A stretch of 18,531 nt of DNA. Origin: Candidatus Wukongarchaeum yapensis (lineage in GTDB: Archaea > Asgardarchaeota > Wukongarchaeia > Wukongarchaeales > Wukongarchaeaceae). Of the stretch, positions 18,444-18,531 are shown in pieces; the stretch's first letter is position 1; the number at the start of each line of letters is the position of its first letter. Location of the stretch: positions 1 to 18,531 of the forward strand of contig JAEOSI010000020.1 of NCBI GenBank assembly GCA_016840425.1, given 5' to 3'. The position numbers were made by a program, and so were the translations under genes. The notes below the pieces were generated by a model. The model made no database searches and was not told the origin of the DNA. It was given only the letters and a program-made list of their open reading frames with translations.

Positions 18444-18530
18444 TCAAACCAGCTCTATTTCTATTGTAAAATTCTGAGTTAAGTTAAAATTTGGTATCCA
18501 TGTTCTTTTGTTCGTATTCCTACTTTTTTT
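18444..18530 (-). CDS. Possible 3' end of an upstream gene cut by the window edge
   Basis: Frame open from the edge to TGA 18446-18444, 7 nt before the next ATG. Too short to be sure. Confidence 0.3.
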   Translation of the reverse strand, partial: KKSRNTNKRTWIPNFNLTQNFTIEIELV

Positions 18531-18531
18531 A

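Overview
Archaeal chromosomal window from an AT-rich, divergent, probably uncultured lineage. TACK/Asgard affinity is inferred only from 16S features and a Roadblock-domain gene. The left part (1-12.2 kb) carries a HEAT-repeat protein, a radical SAM enzyme, a HIT-family protein with a HxHxQ motif, a winged-helix plus P-loop ATPase gene pair, a TauE/SafE exporter, an unannotated 58-aa tail-anchored protein, a Roadblock/LC7 protein, and a tRNA-related cluster (gatE, GNAT, trmO/tsaA, gatD). A stand-alone 16S rRNA gene (13039-14575) holds a 37-nt bulge-helix-bulge (BHB) intron at E. coli position ~908 and is flanked by a complete BHB pre-rRNA processing stem. The 3' arm of that stem recurs as a near-perfect direct repeat 2995 nt downstream. 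The repeats bracket a three-gene cassette (2-TM protein, Swt1-like HEPN RNase with an interrupted or non-canonical start, PD-(D/E)xK nuclease), which looks like an insertion targeted to the 16S trailer. The region also shows extreme strand-specific base skew: gatD codons end in A/C and gatE codons end in G/T.
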